Positions 13,301 through 25,500 of a DNA stretch of 64,000 nucleotides are shown piece after piece. Under the pieces are notes generated by a model. That model did no database searches and was not told where the DNA came from. It saw only the letters and a list, made by a program, of their open reading frames with translations. Source of the stretch: Phoronis australis (taxonomy: Eukaryota; Animalia; Phoronida); assembly GCA_002633005.1 (NCBI GenBank), contig NMRA01000011.1, positions 311,970-375,969 on the forward strand. Reading direction: 5' to 3'. The position numbers and the translations under genes are program-made. Each line of letters begins with the position of its first letter. The first letter of the stretch is position 1.

Positions 13301-16300
13301 GGTCGTCGGATAAAGCAAGATTTGTACGGTTTGTAAAGCCAACAGTACAGCAGTCGTGAACAATCATTACTTGGCCATGATTTTCAGGATTGGGTTACTT
13401 ACTCATCGGAGACAAAATGAAATTCAAACCACAGTCACCACTGAAACACAAATCCCCAAGTAACAACATACTATTTGTGCGCCCGGCTTGTGCCCGTGCA
13501 ATACGGGTATGCTGAAATAGTCCTACGTCACTGATGGATATAATTAATGCAGACGCGTCCGACGGTACACACACGAAAGAATAATCTACCACTGACATGT
13601 CTAAAGGACCGCCCCCTACCGGTGACAATTTATAGCCTTAAAATTAATGACAGTCATTAGTGAAATCGACGCTTTTCCTGGTTTAAACTGACTGTCTCAC
13701 GTTTCATAGACCTTATTTTCTTACTTCTTTTTTGGCATATGGCTTTTCAGAATCTAATCACACTCCAACTGCTAATGCAAGAGTTTTGGCTACTGCAATG
13801 GAAATCCCCAAAGGCATGTTTCCAACGACGAACCATCAAAAGGGCGTTCTCAAATCAGTGCCCTGTTTGAACTGTAACACCATTGATGTATCTAATACAG
13901 AGTATTTCCGTGTAGGTACAGAACAGAGGAGGCACAGGTATGATTCCAGTCAGCAAGCAAAATTCGCCAAACAGAAATGTTGTAATTGTACAGGTTACCA
14001 GAGCTGAACAGACTGTAATCTACCGTGGGTATCAGTGTACCTGGCACGCTTCATGTTCTACAAACTTAATGGTGCTGTTGTCATGAAAATGTTGACTGTT
14101 AAACAACTGTGCGGTCCACGTCCGTCCATTAATTCCCAATTAATCTTGCAATTTGAATTCAATTGAGCCACTTAAACAAAGTATTGACGATGAAAATTAA
14201 CGTATGGTGAATTTGGTAAATTCAGAGACGCACTCTCAATCTTGTCGAACGTGATGATAATCTTTATGGGGCAGGGTGAATACTGAAGTTTTATTTATTT
14301 GTAGCAATAATTAGCGATCTCACGATCTTTGGTTTTAAAAGTGTTTTCATTTTACTCTCTAAGTGGTAGAACTGTGAAACGTGAGGAGTACCGGGAATGA
14401 GCGCTATTTTAAACAAATAAAAGATTTCGTAACATTTTATTAAGATTGAATTTTCGAAATTGTGTTTGTTGGACGCTATTTTTGCAAATTACAGCAAACT
14501 CTAAAAGTTTGATTTGTCAAGGGGCCCTCCCATTTTCAAATTTTCACAGTCTACACACTGGCAGGCGTTTTGTAAACTATGATTCAAACACCAGTTGACA
14601 CCCTAAATGGAGGCATACAATCAGTAAATTTATGTAAGCTGTTCAACATTAATTAACCAAGTCAGCAAATTAAAACAACATTCAATGACATTCACGAAGG
14701 GTGAGGGAGAACGCAAATGTTATGAGAAATAGCCAGAGGGCAATGACTTGCATTCCGTAGAAGCAATTCATTCGAACGGAAACCGCAAATTCTATCCCGT
14801 CAATTAACATTCAAACCTCACCAACTAATCACTTTTTTAGTGGCCGCCATTTTACCTAAGCACGCTAGTAAGGCTCCACGTTTAGCTCGCGGTACGCTCG
14901 CCTTTCACCCGGGATGAGTTTGGGTGATCTTGTTTTATGCGAAGTTCTCGCGTCTACAGAACGCTAGAACCCCGCTAGGGCCTGGTTAAAAACAAGACTT
15001 CGCGAGATTACGCGAGACTTTGCCGTGTAGTTTCAACAAGAGCACGTGATTATGGCTACTTTTTTTCTCGCCGCGAGACAGATGATGAACTCTTGACCCT
15101 GATCTCATGTTACCCGAGCCACGTTGTCACACGTTCGCGCCAAACATTCAAGACGCATGCGCTTCGGCAATTGCACCAAATCTGGGCCCTCAACACTGAG
15201 TAAACATTTTGAAGTTTTTCACATCGAATAAGCTTTTAATCAACAATATTCAGATAATATGCTAGTAGGATACCAATTCGCTCCCTCTATCTGTTTTTTG
15301 GATTTTTTGTGCTACGGGCTACTAAGCGCTTGAGCATATAGTGCTTAGGTTTTCCAATTTTACCCTACGTTAAAACATGCAGACCCTTTGCCTTAATTCG
15401 CCTCAAACGCACTTCACTTAACTTGTAAATTGTTGTTGGTTTAATGATGCATAAACTTAGAAATACAGCAAGTTGTAATAATTTTACGTGGAAATTTATG
15501 TTGAATCTTATTTCTTGCAAAACAACGAAGTTCAAATTAGTAGGCACGAAACATATAAGTATTTCTCTGATAGAGAGAAATTTCTTTTGTACACGTTTTA
15601 GTGCTCGCCTTGGGGAGGAATCGTACACCTACAAACACATGTACCATCACGTTACATCTTGATTTCTAAATTCTACCATAGATTTGTAATTGCTCTTGTA
15701 CTCCAAGTTTATTCAACTTACCATCGCTTAAAAACTTTAAAATCCCAAAAATAGTTGCGCTGTCTACTTCCTCAAACCTGTACATTCTCTTGGAATTCAC
15801 TAGGTTTTGTAAGGAAAGCGTAATATGTCTGCTTTTGTAATTCAAGCGGCCTTCCCTCACCAGCAGTATATATACAGATCCACGACATAATAGTTTGTCC
15901 CCGGCCAATGAATTTTAGATTAGAGAGCCTTTTTAAAATCGAAATCCACCAACTGATCTCTTAGAGGACATCAAGAGTGGAGAAATCTGTTGTTTACTAT
16001 AGAAAAAAAACAGGTGTAGTTTTAAAGGTCTTTGATATAGAGGTACAGTGTGTCAACTAAAATTCCTTGTTTGATACTAGAAGAAGTCAAAGGAGGTAAA
16101 CTTAGTTGCGAAAAGAGTCAGTATATTTCTGTAGGAATGGTAATGTCAATGATAACGACGTCGCGTTACCACTGGCCGAATTGTTTCTCATAAACTGGTC
16201 GAACTTGGATTTTAAACTTTTTCGAACCGTGAGAAACCAATCATATTGCTGTGTACAATAAATCGTTGTATCACCCAGATTGTCGCTGGGCTTGAAACAA

Positions 16301-17258
16301 ACGTTTCTATGGCAATACATAATCAACTGAGATCAAGCAGTAATGTAACATTGCACCGCCAGTGCGTTACTTCACTAACAAAGGAAAGGGAAGAAGTAAA
16401 TATTGCGTCCAAGAATGACTGATTGCTTTTTTGACACGACGTCTAATTTGCATGTATAAATTTCCGTTGCTACATCAATTAATGCGCTAGATTGAAACTC
16501 GCGATGAAACTGGCAGTGCCAGGTTGTCCGTTATTTTTTTTTTCTTTACGTTCACCAATTTAGAACACAGAATGAGATTTATCATTCGAAAGATATCGCA
16601 AAATATAAACACGTCGTAACTTTCATCCCTGTTTGCGTTCGCTTTATTTTGCTATTTATGTTTGTGTTCTATTTAAGACAGTGTGCGTGTTTCCCCGCAA
16701 ACCTCATTAAATATGGCGGCAGCTGAATGAGAACCCAAATTGCATGAGTCAGTTGTCATTGATTGCCATTTTAGGTGGTGGTGCACCACCAGACATAAAA
16801 ACTCAATTAAAAAATCAAATTAAATTCAGTTAACTGTGATAATATTTGGATTTGTGTTGAATGGGCAATATTTCTGCTAAAGTTTCGACACAACTACTTT
16901 GTGTTTTTAATTTGTTTTGTGGCATTTTTAATTAAAATGAAACAGAAAGAGTATGTTTAAGTTAAATAAACTACAGGTTGGGGCCCCACACAAAGCACAG
17001 GCAGAGGTCTGCCATATACGAATATCATTGCTTGAATGCTACAAAAGTCCGATTTACTCCTGTTATTATGTTTTGTTGGTATTAATATTCCTGGCCTCTT
17101 TTTGGTTGATAAATTTTTATCATAAGTATTTATAAGCTTTATAATTTTTGCAGTTATGTTAGACTTGTTATTGGTTGGTTTGTTACTGTAATGTGTGCGC
17201 TTTCGTGCTTGTGTGCATGCGTATGTGTGTGCGTGGATGTGCGTGTGTGTGGGTGGGT

Positions 17259-17317
<59 letters not shown>

Positions 17318-20300
17318 TTTATGTGGTAAAAAGTAGTGTTGTTTCTGTGTAATAGACAATTACAATTCGTACATGACTATTCACGGTCGACATAGTTGCA
17401 GGCGAACCAAATTAAGTCATTGCATATTGAGTAATTGTCTAAAATTTTGTTCCTGTAATATCTTGACAATTCTAGGAATGTGAAAGCGTAAACAATGAGT
17501 TGTCGTGAGTGATTTGTAAAATGGACTCTTGAGTGTAGGGCCGTAGTTGCGATACGTAACAATAAAGTTTCCTAAGAGATCTAGCGAACGATAATGTCTG
17601 TTGTTTCGGTTTGAACTAGTATTTTATCTTCACATTTACTGTCTCATTTTAATTGCTTTTACATGCACGTGCTAATAGAATATAAGGCAAATTAAGCACG
17701 ATTCCTATAACATACAGTTCTGACTTCCGTGGCAAATATTGTAAACAAAACCAATCAATATTCCGCTTCTTTCCATTAGGCGTAAAACCTCCAAGGTTAG
17801 ATTCGACAAATTCGTAGTTGACACCTCAGTAATCAAAATCAACATACCTTCTGTGACAACCGGTACCTGAAAGCAAAACAAAAACAAGAGTTGAATATAA
17901 ACAGATAAATGTGGAGTAATCAAGTGTAAAGAGTGATCATAATTCTGTGTTATTTTCGTAGCCGCAAATCATCCAGAACACCTCCAGTATTCTCCGTATG
18001 AATTAGGTCCGCACATGCGCAGGGTACGTTCAGCTATTGCTGGAACACATTGCGTATTTTCGTAGCCTCAAATTACCCGTCACCGGTGTTCCATACCAAC
18101 GAATGAGCGAAATTCAATCAACAATAGTAAGTCATGTGATGTTGAAAATTGAAAATGTCGTCAAATGTCCTGGGGTTAGAATTGCATACCGGTATTTGAT
18201 GTCGATACTATATCGAAAACCGTTTGATGGAATACCGGTAAAATATCATTTTTAAAAGTTTCGTTACCGTAGACGAAATTTCAGAAATATAGTTCCTTCA
18301 TCTCGGATAGATTTTTTGGTGACTTTGTGTTTTGTGGTTATCTCCTAACAATCACACACAGCACACATAACAATATTTATTTACAAAAGGCCTAAACAGA
18401 CATGCGCAATACTTAAAATATTCGAGAGGGGTACTGTTAATTACTATATCCCGCGAAACATCGCCATAGTGAGATGTTTGCAACTTTAGAAATGTCCGGC
18501 TGAAACATGATTTCTGTGGGATGAGAGGCATTTTTGAGGAACCCAGGGCCCCTTTAGGGATCCCACGGTCTTTTTCCCACGCTTCAAATCCCAAAACGGA
18601 GATGACATCTGGAGAATGTTGAAGGAGTGTTACGACGTTCCAAAGACACCCGGTGATAGGATTCAAGACAGAACCAGGATAGGTTGAGGCTAGGCTTGAC
18701 GCTGATGATCCAACTAGTGCCAGTCCTGCCAAAGCAGAGATATCTCGTCGAGAAACTACTGTGTTTGAAGTGAAACTGGATATATTGGATCGTATTCCTT
18801 CTCCGGTCTACCCATAATACCCCTGTCATAGCAGACTAAACAAGAGCTAACAGTGCCCCAGAAGACAGATTATGGATTGGAAATGACCGGGTCACGTGGG
18901 CTATCGACAAGTCTGTACATTCAGTCAAATATATACAAAAGTATTGATTTTAACCCAGTAAAGGTATATATTTTCTAACAATAGAAAGCTTGAAGATTTT
19001 TGTTGTATGACTGTATACCAATCTGCCGTTGACTGGGTCACGTGACCATACATTCGTAGTAAAATTGAACAAAAAGAAGAGCACATTCATTGCAAAGTAA
19101 TGCTATCAACAACATATTAACCAAATCTCGTTTTGTTTCGATATTCATGGTGAAATTTCAAAGACACTGTTACAGTTTTCTAATTTATTTTTATGTTTTA
19201 GTTTACGAAACTTTATTTTTTCATAAAGATCATAGAAGTCCTACTTTTGACAGGCCCTCATGTGGAACCAATCAACATCAGCAGGCGTGAAATTACTTTT
19301 AAATTATCGAGTTTAGAAATCCGATGTAATTCGGATTGTTATATTTTTTAGTCCAGTGTGGTTTTGTCAATCACCGTAAACATTTCTCGATTTGGGACAA
19401 AACTAATTGCTGTAATCACGATTTTTCTAATTTCACTACACTATTGTAAATACACAACATTTCAACGAATGCTCTTTGGCTGGTGCCAATACACGGCATG
19501 CTTAAACTAAGTATTAGCTACTTTTGTTCAGAAATATGACAAAATTAACTCCTCTTTTCGGCCATATTGTTTTCCTAACTGCATTAACCAACAGCCGAGA
19601 AACGATCAAATTCTAATTCCTTTTTTGTCACGGATACTGCAAAATATTTGTTACGAAAACATTTATGGTATATGACAGAACGTGATTCTCTGAGCTTTAA
19701 CGTCTTTGTGTCTCAAACAATTGGCTTCGAAGTAAAACACTGCAAAGGTGTGTCAATTAATGTGATCGGAAAATCCTATTATATGCATTCCATACGTACT
19801 TCTAATTCTGTGAAATGGGCGTTTTTCACGCAGAGTTGTAGTTTTGCAAATCGGCGTGCATTTACTTAAGTGCTGAACGCCACAGGCAAACGACACCAAA
19901 TCAGTTTTGTTTTTGATTTCACAACGCTCGATCACCATAAGTGGACGTCTTGCTTAGGGTTAAAACTCGTTTTAATGAACAAGACATGTCTCACTGCTTG
20001 AACAGGCACGGTTTAACATTCAAGTCGCGGAAATGTTAAGTGTGATGATCATGCGATGGCATACTACGTTTGATACAAACAGTGATCAAATCTGAGTGCG
20101 TCTTGGGACTATGACACAATTTTATTTTGACAGACGCCAAGTTCACTGCGCATGCCCTATGCTCATCAATTAATAACTGGAGGAACGAGTTTTTGTTCGT
20201 GGTCTGAGGGCTCGGATAGATTAAGTTGCTAAGTTCCCGTTGTTAGTATGCAGTAAAATACGAATTCAAAAGAACTGACCTTTGGTTATTGTTTGAGATC

Positions 20301-22394
20301 AGGCCCCAAAAGCAGGCTTGTCACGGCGTGTCATTTTTGCGCCGAACACGGCCTCAAGGAGTAATAAACTACCAGCTTTATGTGCGCCCTGAAATCTCTT
20401 CTGGGGACAAAGTGAGACCAATCAAAAGTTTGTGGCCCCTTTAAACAGTACACACCATGGATTTTTGCACATTTCGAATTACCGGTGGCCACAGACTAAA
20501 TGTATGACGTAAAATTTAGCCAAATCCATGATTATTTTGTGTCATTAGCGCGAAATTTTGATTTTTCTTTCAATTTTGCCAATTTTCACATTTCCCGCCA
20601 TGTGACATCATGGGTTGAACACAAGAGATCAGCGACTAGCATTGAACAACGGCGGAAAGTAGGGAATTTGAAAGCGACAACGATTATGAGCAAGAAATGA
20701 ACAAATAATATGAAGTAACGTACGAGAATGGTGGCCAGGATGACGAAATGGGGTTGCACGAAAGCGAGAACGAGTTTGATATGTTTTCAGCTGCGTACTC
20801 TTTCTACTTTGAGGCCTTACGAACTGGATCCTCCCGCTCGGCCAGTCAACCCAGTCATCCAACAGACGATCCTGAATAAAGAGCCGATGTTTCTGAATAG
20901 TAAATATTGTCCTTTATTGAACCACTCCTTCATCGTAACTTCTCCTCTGATTGGAGTCGAAACACGACTCCTCAAAGTGGGCAGAACACAGAGTGGCCCC
21001 GGACAGAATCGCTTGGTCCACGCTGAGGTCCCACACTCTCGTTCGGCGCACGAAGCGATGCCACTACTGCGCAACTTTGGCGTCCTTCGGAACACCGAGA
21101 CGTTCTCCGTCTGACTGCTGTTGCTGCAGCCTCCACAAACACATCTTTTCATCCCTCTACGAACCTTCGCGACGCTAAATATACTTTACTTTCACTTCAC
21201 TCTATACATTTAGTTGCTGATCCGAACAGTGTGCCGAACGACTTGGGTTCAACCCATGACGTTGTACATAATTATTATTTTTTTCAATTTTTACGTGTTT
21301 CTTTATGTGCATTAAAGGCACTGAAATCAAGTAAGATATAATAATAAAATTTATTCTGAGGTACTAGAGTCATGTTGCGTACACTTTAAGGTTATTTAGA
21401 ACCTCGTGCGCGTATCCAAATTTCTAGAAAACTGTATAAATTAGCTGTGTAAAGGTATGTGCTTTATAAATGTAGAGAGCCTGTAGAATTTTGTTCCAAA
21501 CCGTCATTAATTTGGGTTACTTGAACATGTCGTTTTAGACAAATTTAACAAAAAGTAAGGTGCAAAGAGAGCAAAACAACGGTATGAATAACATGACCAA
21601 ATTTCAATTGATACATTTGTATAGTCAGGATAAAATCTCGCTATTACAGTTTTCCAAAATATCATTTGGTTTTCGTTTTATACAGTTCTTAACTGTTTTC
21701 ATCAAATTCATAAAAGTCTTATTTTGATATCCCGTCATGCAAAAGTAGGATATTTTAAAAACAAGTCCGGACAGACCTTCTTCAGAACAATGCATAGAGC
21801 ATGGTAAGTGAAACTTTTACATGAATCCGATCTGCGGTATGAGGTTCTCAAATTTTGGATCTTTTTCTAGAGTCTCCTACATATTGCTTTAAGGTGAATT
21901 ACACACGGCTGACACGGCAATTGGGAATTAAGGGTTCAACATTTTTTCTGTTACTTATTGTAAGACGAAATTACAGTTAAGGGTCACCTATAGTCCCCCA
22001 TGAGGAATTTGTATCGGTTTCGTTCAGGGGCGTTAAAATACGACGTAGCACACTGTGTCCTGTTTAGCAGCTCTTTATTCGAAAGTGCTTTGTTGTCTGT
22101 CACTCAACTTAGGGTCCCTTCCCTGTTTGAGACGAAACCTGGTTGTTCAAAAAAAAAATGTGTACGAGGTCTCGCGATGCTCCCGTGTTCGCTTACTCAA
22201 ACACTGTTTTGGTAAACGTCATGTTTTAAAAACATACCCGAGACACCATGTTATCCAATAAGCCTGGTCTTAGACGTCTCTTGAGACCAATCACGCGTTG
22301 GCCGGCGCTGACGCCCAATAACAGATACGACAGAAAAGTGTGTGGTTTAAAATTAACTTACCTGAAAAAGAAGAAGAAGAAACAGGCGAAACAT
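707..22394 (-). CDS. Polycystin-1/REJ-like cell-surface protein, 5' part (signal peptide-WSC-PKD-type domains); multi-exon, continues beyond the left edge
   Basis: Hand-spliced exons: 22394-22362, 17866-17848, 10631-10342, 8402-8181, 6107-5927, 1963-1797, then a fragment <=1226-707 whose acceptor is lost at the N at 1227. All visible junctions are GT-AG with matching phases (0,1,0,0,1,0). The protein starts MFRLFLLLLFQ|VPVVTE|GYLLGCY. The PKD1-family assignment comes from the WSC+PKD architecture; REJ, GPS and transmembrane regions are not in the window. Confidence 0.8.
1797..1963 (-). CDS. Polycystin-like gene exon 6
   Basis: DPLIEGVGP...VTEFEYMAIGTGTVTFK; 167 nt, phase 1 to 0, CTTTCAG/GTAATG. 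Confidence 0.75.
3850..4175. mobile_element. Inverted-repeat remnant resembling Penelope-like element termini
   Basis: ~110-bp arms 3850-3961 and 4069-4175 in inverted orientation around a (TG)n/poly-T spacer; each arm has TTGACAATGG...GAAA(C), a hammerhead-like core. Confidence 0.5.
4328..4358. repeat. (CA)n microsatellite
   Basis: Seen directly. Confidence 0.95.
4380..4580. mobile_element. Short palindromic MITE-like element
   Basis: acaccttattcacgcagtcg...gagcctcttttcaggtttaaaaacaa is mirrored by ttgtttttaaaacctaaaaaggggctc...cgactgagtgaataaagtgt. Confidence 0.65.
4600..5535 (+). mobile_element. Non-autonomous DNA transposon with ~70-bp TIRs and decayed THAP domain (Kolobok-like)
   Basis: Left end TTAA-GGAGAAGGCAAC...CATGTCATTTTTAGTA...GTTCGTTGATTATCCCAGACA matches the reverse complement at 5465-5533. 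Frameshifted THAP from ATG 4868: MPHGCCIPG...LHRFPKD / ...YRASGKHF. The superfamily is inferred from the TTAA flank plus THAP. Confidence 0.75.
5927..6107 (-). CDS. Polycystin-like gene exon 5
   Basis: QIAATTGVSVLSPVGRVDLSCP...VECTASVYTGTSVSASIEFGNE; 181 nt, phase 0 to 1, TTTGTAG/GTAATA. Confidence 0.8.
8181..8402 (-). CDS. Polycystin-like gene exon 4, PKD-type Ig-like domain
   Basis: TYQVDKGDGT...FPIPGVYAIHVHA resembles the PKD motif WDFGDG...Y..PG.Y.V; 222 nt, TTTCAG acceptor, GTAAGG donor. Confidence 0.8.
8489..9729. mobile_element. Non-autonomous DNA transposon with PIF/Harbinger-like TIRs
   Basis: Left GGGCCCCGTTTTATCAAAGGTCGTACGCCCGGTC versus reverse complement of the right end CCTGTTTTATCAAAGGTTGCACGCCCGGTC; a related single end lies near 2580-2600. 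Confidence 0.7.
10342..10631 (-). CDS. Polycystin-like gene exon 3, WSC domain
   Basis: YLLGCY...CMTECSRFSYEYAGLYAGRFCFCS...CDVQCSGKAGVKCGSHTHLSVY is a typical WSC cysteine pattern; 290 nt, phase 1 to 0. Confidence 0.92.
12590..16952. repeat. Long degenerate inverted repeat pair (~280-bp arms, 12590-12870 and 16680-16952)
   Basis: gggttctcactcaactgccgccatatgcaatgag at ~12812 versus ctcattaaatatggcggcagctgaatgagaaccc at ~16703; the match extends over the whole arm. Confidence 0.7.
17222..17314. repeat. (GT)n microsatellite
   Basis: Seen directly. Confidence 0.95.
17848..17866 (-). CDS. Polycystin-like gene exon 2, 19-nt microexon (VPVVTE+G)
   Basis: Acceptor TTTTGCTTTCAG and donor AAG|GTATGT; bridges phase 0 to phase 1 and completes the signal peptide. 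Confidence 0.65.
20598..21265 (-). mobile_element. Decayed THAP-coding DNA transposon fragment
   Basis: ATG 21152: MKRCVCGGCSN...SV / (frameshift) PKDAKVAQ*WHRFVRRTR...ATLCSAHFEESCF gives the C2CH THAP signature. Flanked by inverted catgggttgaacacaag (~20608) and cttgggttcaacccatg (~21242). Confidence 0.75.
21460..21892. mobile_element. Degenerate TIR element ending in TTAA (a related copy at ~39230-39980)
   Basis: tgtagagagcctgtagaa versus reverse complement ttaaagcaatatgtaggagactctagaa; similar internal motifs at 39.2-40.0 kb. Confidence 0.4.
22362..22394 (-). CDS. Polycystin-like gene exon 1 (start of signal peptide, MFRLFLLLLFQ)
   Basis: ATG at 22394-22392, 11 mostly hydrophobic codons, donor CAG|GTAAGT, phase 0 matching the microexon. 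Confidence 0.7.
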
Positions 22395-22562
22395 CGTGCG
22401 TTCTTCTTCACATTGCTCAACGGTTTTGTTACGTTTCTTCACCCTCTGAAGAATGTCCAGGTAATTAATGGTAATTTTCACCGCTTCATTTTACGGTGAG
22501 TAACGTAGGCTCGCTGTCGTTTCCGCGCAACTTCGATTTTCATTCAGAGCTCGGGTAGTTTC

Positions 22563-22572
22563 GTGACGTCAC
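22563..22572. promoter_or_regulatory. CRE/ATF-type palindrome upstream of the polycystin-like ATG
   Basis: GTGACGTCAC about 170 bp upstream of ATG 22394; motif match only. Confidence 0.3.
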
Positions 22573-25500
22573 AATTTCAAACTGTGGATGAACAATTATC
22601 GTTGGTTACTGACATTGCCACTGCCGATTATCTTGGACCCATTAAAGGAAATCAGCAGCGAATAATAGACTGGTTTTAACGAAACGCAAATATGTAGATG
22701 AGCTTTCAATCGATCGCGCTGTTTGTTTTCAAAATGTCAATAGACCTATGATATTGAAAATACCTGCGGCATAGATGATAAATTTGCGCTGCTAGGACAA
22801 CGTCGCTGTGACAGTTGTTACACGGATTTCCATAAGAAGTTGGTTCTTTTCATTTCCCTTTAAATAACTGCATTAGGACGAAGCAAACCATTTCCGTAGA
22901 ACATTAAAAAACCTGTTATGATTCCCCATGCACGCATGTGAAGAATAATGTTCCCTCTATTGATATTACAATGTCCTTCGCTGCCTGGAGATGGCGGACA
23001 ACTTGGTTGTTAATTGATGGGCAAGTGTAAGAGGATTTATTCTCTAACGCATCGCTCCTTACATGTGGTGTTGCTGCTCAGGCGTTGTATTATTTCCGGT
23101 TGCTTTGTTTTAATTCGTTCATCAACGTTTTATTAGTGGTTTGCCAAAAATGTCCCCTGTATGTTAGCAACTGCAGACGTTATGTTTTCAGTGCTTGAAG
23201 TACTTGAAGGAAAAAAATGCGCCTCGTAAAATTGTCTTGCATTGTAACATTGTCACGGAATATCGAGTGAAAAATTGCTCAAGTATAGACGATACTCAAC
23301 TTGAGACACGTGATTCTTGAGTCTCGCTTGCCGTTGAATCAGGGCTGCGTAAAGGGAAGCAAGTTTTCAAAAATTTTGGCGAAGTCACCCAGCTGAAAAG
23401 TAAACAGAAGGAAACTGGCAGTCGACTGAAGGTACTGGTCGATGAGGCTGAACTGTTGCATTCTGGGATATAATGCATGGTTTCTGCTCCATAAACAAAA
23501 AATTATCTCCGCAAGAGCCTCGCAAGTGTCTTGGTCTACGGAACGCACATTTATTGTCACACTGAGTGTAGTTGGGGCTAATTTGGAGAGGTTCATAATA
23601 TTCCGCTTGATCAATACCTCTAAAGGGTAAATATGTCTCTCGCAAAACATCACCAAGCATTATGTACACGCGTCAAAATATATGTATTTGGTGATACATG
23701 TATGTTGTAGTTGGTCTTAATTTATATTAAATGTGAAGATGCGAGGTTCGAATTAGGGACCCAATTTACTTTTGCCCACCTAAAATAGCTGAAGGTTTGT
23801 ATATCGCAGGTAAGCCATGGGTATAAAATACGTGTTATTAACGCCTATCAGACGGTATTTATTGTCTTTTGTCAATACAAGCTTATGCATAATACATTAC
23901 ATGTCGTTAATTAGGTGTTAATTAAATTGCATATGCTGAACATGGTCATATGTACCGCGGCAAGTTTTATTTCCGTGTCAAAAGTTTCCAAATGTCAGTC
24001 ATCTGAAGTTAAATGACGCCCCATATAAGCCCACCACGTGCCCCTTAGCCCCGTGATTTACAATGCACGTAGATTGCAGCCAATTGCATACCGGCTGGGC
24101 CCGTAGCCAAGTCCGGGGTATTGAACGCGCCGGCGCTTTATCGAGATTCAACCAGTTTGTGTCTGAACTCGGCAATCAGACAGCAAGTTACCCCTACCTT
24201 ATCGAAAACGGGCCAAGAGGGAAGTAATATTGATGTTACTGTTGATTAAATTTATTTTCAAAAGCTAATACCATTGGAATGCGTTTCTTTTTTTCCTTTA
24301 AATGAACTCGACAAGGTCATCGGATGAACATGAATTCTTCACAAAGGTTGACGACGAACGTCAGCCACGGAATCGCACGAAGGCGATGATTAGCAGTCTG
24401 GCGGGTCTGACGGTTCTTTCCAACTGCCCAGGACTACTTACGGATCCAGGAAAGGTAGTTGAACAATGCAGGGTTTGTTGAATAGCGGTGACATCTACTT
24501 AAGGGGTAACAATTAGTCATCTTCTTTGTTCTCATCCAGACTTTCCTGGACAGAAAATCTTGAGAACTTGAGTGAGCACAATAATATCCTGTGTAATTTA
24601 TGTTGCATTCCCCAAGCAGTTCTTTAAAGATCCGACCGTAGGCTTCCCAAAAGAACTTTTTACTCGGGTGAACGTTTAACCGTAAATCAGACGGACGTTG
24701 GTCCAGTTAGTTCCTCGACGTGGCATAGTTCAGTCAGAAAAAAACTCGATTTATGCATTTCTGAAAAAACGTTGAAAAGCAATTATTAAAGGCATAAATA
24801 ATCGATATAACGAACACACCCTGAATCCGAAACTGTTCGGAGTCGGAGGCAAAGCTCGTATCAATGCAAGAAGAGGACAAAACCAGCAAGCGGTAGAGTT
24901 TGAATCTTTCAATTGTACGTCTTGCACTACTGCCAAAATTACTCACAACAATACGAGTCTTATTAAGAAAAAGACGTTGAACGGCGTTTCAAGTCGATTT
25001 CACGGTTCTGATAGGGAGTAGTTTGAAGTGCCGGGGATGTCATAATTTCCCGCCTGAATACAGGAAACTGAATTTGGCATTGGAGGAGAGTGCTGCCTTC
25101 TCTGAGATATTCCATATGGAAATGTCAGTGTTGCAAATCTTTTGTATGATTACTATAATTCCAGGAGGTGAAAGACACTCGCGAGGCACTTGTGGCAAGA
25201 ATCTTGATTTAGGGGAACGGATGTGCCACCTAATCATTTCAATAGCGGCCATTTTCCTACTCGCGTTCAGCAAACAGTTGCCTTCCATTCGTGTGGTTTT
25301 GAAAAAATGAGTGATCTCCCCAAAGTTACATGAAACCAGTTTACGAACGAGAGAGTGTGCACCCCTCGGTTCGGACCATGTCTGCAAATGGGTGCAAGCA
25401 AATCACGTGTCTAGAAACCACGCACCATTCAATCTACAGATATTATACCCCGATTGTCGTGTACGATTTTGTATAGAAATTGTGTACGAAAATCGGAGTG

